A DNA stretch of 64,000 bases, from contig CM074804.1 of NCBI GenBank assembly GCA_037447605.1, positions 4,317,909 through 4,381,908 of the forward strand. Reading direction: 5' to 3'. The stretch's first letter is position 1. Each line of letters opens with the position of its first letter. The DNA is from Zygnema circumcarinatum SAG 698-1b (Eukaryota > Plantae > Zygnematophyceae). The position numbers and the translations under genes were made by a program. Shown piece after piece: positions 61,201 to 64,000 of this stretch. The notes below the pieces were generated by a model. It saw only the letters and a program-made list of their open reading frames with translations, was not told the origin of the DNA and did not search any database.

Positions 61201-61508
61201 TGTCACATGTGTGGATCTAATTGTGGGCCTTTTCACGTCCTTGATCCCAACATCATGTGCTTGTCAATCTCGCCGTTTAGTCCGTTACTTATTTGTCTGT
61301 TCGTTTTTGAGGTTGCCCTGCAGACTGGGTAAAGGACAGTTCCATGGCCGAAATTGTGGATGAATTATTTGTGGAAATTCACTACTCCCATTGGACCATG
61401 AAGGCGTACCGGTGGCCCTCGCTCTTCAAAGCGCACAGCAGAAATGATGCCACTCAACTCCTCGTAGACCTCCGCAAAGCGGGGTTCTATGTGCATGCGT
61501 GGCCGTAA
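58300..61508 (+). CDS. FkbM-like (Methyltransf_21-type) SAM-dependent methyltransferase with N-terminal TM anchor
   Basis: TM SLGSFLAGCIVTGLFFNLG; KIYLDLGGRTFDSS, FHVFE, IVKMDIEGAEY, VDELFVEIHY, GFYVHAWP-stop; GT-AG junctions, with the middle exons less sure. Confidence 0.85.
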
Positions 61509-61606
61509 TTTTTTTGTAGGAAAAAATCTTTTTATGGTTTCTAAATTTGGGTTTTGGCGATTGTAGTGTCGCCACTTGAAGCATTTGAGTGGTCAAGATT
61601 GAGCCA

Positions 61607-61975
61607 CGCGGCCGACCTTGATTGGTTCAGCTCTGGCCATAGACCACACAACAGGAGGAATGCGCTTGAACAGCTTCACGTCGTGCCATCGACGACAAAA
61701 TCAATCATTGTACAGCTGGTCCATAGGAAGGGATTTTCCAACCGTTGGTTCCGAATGCTTGCCAACCATTGGATCCAGAGCTTCAATTCCTGAACCAGGC
61801 AGTGGTTACGGCGTTGTTTTTTGGTCCTGGTAAAACGTGCCTTTTTCAACAAATAACAATTCTACTCTAGCTTAGGCTGTCAATGGTTGGCAACCATTGG
61901 ATCGAATGGCTCAAACCATTTGATGGAAATGCTTGCCAAGCATTGGCAATGGTTGCAACGTTGGCTAGCCAAACA
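61607..61975. repeat. CAATGG/CCATTG array, third copy
   Basis: caatggttggcaaccattgg and cattggcaatggttgcaac units. Confidence 0.7.
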
Positions 61976-62213
61976 AAGGGAAAACAATGTTTAACGTTCA
62001 CTGCATTTCAATCGATAACAGTTCATGTATGGAGCCCATGCAGAATCGAGCAGTCATGAACAACAAGTGCATGCGCGAGCTTTGCCCTTGTCGAAATGTG
62101 GCCCTACAAGGTACTCTAGCGGCGAGTCGCCTCCTCGTGGTTTGCGTCTTGTTCCGATGCGGCGACGGCGGTCGATTGCCGGCAAGCAGCGCGTCTGCGC
62201 GAGGCGGGTCCTG

Positions 62214-62290
62214 CAACCCTAAAATCTGAAAACCCTAAATCCTAGAACGTTTTGGGCAGCAGACAGAGCATTGCTTTGAACCCTAAATCT
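62214..62290 (+). promoter_or_regulatory. Three telo-box-like AACCCTAAA motifs just 5' of the HSK ATG
   Basis: caaccctaaa, aaaccctaaa and gaaccctaaa are visible. Confidence 0.55.
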
Positions 62291-62301
62291 TGGTCTCCGC
62301 C

Positions 62302-64000
62302 ATGGCGGCCGCCCGCTGCGCCCTGCCTCCCGCTTTGGCGCTGCCTCTCCAGAAGGGCGCCAGGCGTCCTCAGGAGGCTGCCACGTGGCGCGCCGGGAGG
62401 GAAAATGGCGGCACTAAGCTTCTGCTCGCACGCGAGGCGGAGAGCCGTGATTGGAGGGCGAGGGAGAGACGGTTGGGAGAGGCTCTGGTGAGTTCTGGTG
62501 ACTGGTGTGTGTGTTCTGGTGTGTGTCGTGGATTCGCAGTTTCTTTGGAGTAGCACATCATTAAATTCATTTTTACCCTATCATTTCTTGAAGGGATTTT
62601 TGCATCTCTCATGGCTCTGCGCAATAAATGCAGGAAAGGATAAAAAAATCCTAAAGCATGCGCAATTTAAGTTCTTTCCTAGCTAACATGTATGCAGCAT
62701 AAAATGAAGACGGGCTTCAGAGCTACCGGGGTTCTGCATTTTAAGGTTTCTTAAAGTTTCAGTTCTTGTAGTTACGTACTATTTCTTCTTCTAAAGTAAC
62801 CGTTTTTGAATTCAAGTTCTCGGGGTGTTGGGGTCTTAGCGTAAACGAACAGTTTGAGCCTCACATTGACATTTTTTTCCTTACACTGTTAGATTCCTAT
62901 TGTTTTTTTTTCGGGCTTCATCGTGTAACAGACATGCGTGTGTCATTGATAATAGTCTATTTTTACGTTTCTACAAATAAGATTCATCTTTTTGCAGATT
63001 TTTTCTGACAGAGTGAACGTTTCGTCTTTTTCTCACCCTCAGCGTCTCCCACCTTTCTCCTTTCTACTTTCTCGTCCACCCCTCTTGTCCCTCTTCTTAC
63101 TCTCTCGTTCTCATCTCCCCGCCTCCCTATCTTTCCTCCCTCCTCTCCTGACCCTCTCCTCTCCTGACCCCCTATCACTCTCTCCGCCCTCTCCCTCTCT
63201 CCCTCTTTCCTTCTCTCCTCTTCACCTCCACCCTCTCTCCGTCCGCCCTTTTCCTCTCTTCCCCCTATCGCCCTCCTCCTCCCTCTCCACCCCTCGCTTC
63301 CCCCTTCGCCCTTCCCCCCTCCCTTCTCCATCTTCTACCTCTTACCCTCTCCCCTTTCCCCNNNNNNNNNNCCCCCCGACCCCCCAAATGGACTAATCCC
63401 ATCCCGCCACGTGGCAGGTGTGCTCTGCAGCGTCTGCTGAGCTGGCCTTCCCCCCCCTCCAGGCGCTGACAGCTGGCGAGCCGCAGCCTTGCTGCCAGCA
63501 AGTCCGCGCGTTCGCGCCCGCCACCGTGGCCAACCTCGGACCGGGGTTCGACTTCCTGGGCTGCGCGGTGCAGGGACTGGGCGACCACGTCACTGCAGAG
63601 GTCTCACTCTCTCTCTCTCTCGCTCCCTTTCTCTCTATTCGCACACTCGCTCTCCCACTTACTCTTTCTCTTTGCTCATTCGCCATTGCCTCAATCGCTC
63701 GTTTCTCTTTCTATCTCTTTCTCTCTATCCGTGCGCTCTTGCTCCCTTTCGCTCTTACTCTTTGCCGATTTCCCCTGTATTTCCCCGTTCCCCTGCCTTT
63801 CCCCTTTCATCTCCCTCTCTCGGTCGCTTGCTCTTTCTCTTTGTTCTTTTCTTGTTCGGCTAATCTTAATACCTCCCCCCCTTCCTCGCTTCCTCTTACT
63901 CCTCTCTTTTCTCTTTCTTTTTGCGCTTCCGTCTTCTACCAATTCTGACTCTCTCTCTCTCTCTCTTCCCCTCCTCCCTCCTCTCTCTCTCTCTCTCTCT
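62302..64000 (+). CDS. HSK: Homoserine kinase, 5' part (exons 62302-62488, 63418-63600; continues beyond the window)
   Basis: VRAFAPATVANLGPGFDFLGCAVQGLGDHVT is the GHMP motif 1 typical of plant HSK; transit-like exon 1 joins in phase 0. Confidence 0.93.

Noticed and set aside
34397-61508. Putative cell-wall gene cluster (GT23, PAN protein, FkbM methyltransferase)
   Set aside because: Interleaved with unrelated genes over 27 kb; no evidence of co-regulation

Overview
Intron-rich eukaryotic nuclear DNA from a streptophyte-type organism. The protein families are plant-like, the exons and 5' islands are GC-rich and the introns carry long CT/GA tracts; a charophyte alga is my inference and the species cannot be determined. 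I could splice 12 protein genes by eye: two convergent, divergent-sequence orphan paralogs sharing exon architecture and short motifs (3649-5130 +, 11607-12965 -); SUV3 helicase (with a GC-AG intron); a plant-specific protein resembling the At3g05675 C-terminal domain; a pirin; thymidine kinase with a long N-terminal extension; a GT23/FUT8-like glycosyltransferase; a small secreted protein with two six-Cys PAN/Apple-like repeats; a plastid DUF3598-like protein; an EEP nuclease/phosphatase; an FkbM-like type II membrane methyltransferase; and homoserine kinase (runs off the window). Intergenic DNA holds several non-autonomous repeat families: three ~1 kb long-TIR Mutator-like elements (two with clear 8-9 bp TSDs), a ~100-bp hairpin repeat in 7 or more copies, CAATGG/CCATTG arrays, small MITEs and a possible solo LTR. 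I saw no rRNA, tRNA or CRISPR. Four 10-N gaps lie inside simple repeats. Most long GC-rich or low-complexity ORFs in the supplied track are artefacts. All family assignments come from recalled motifs, not database searches.
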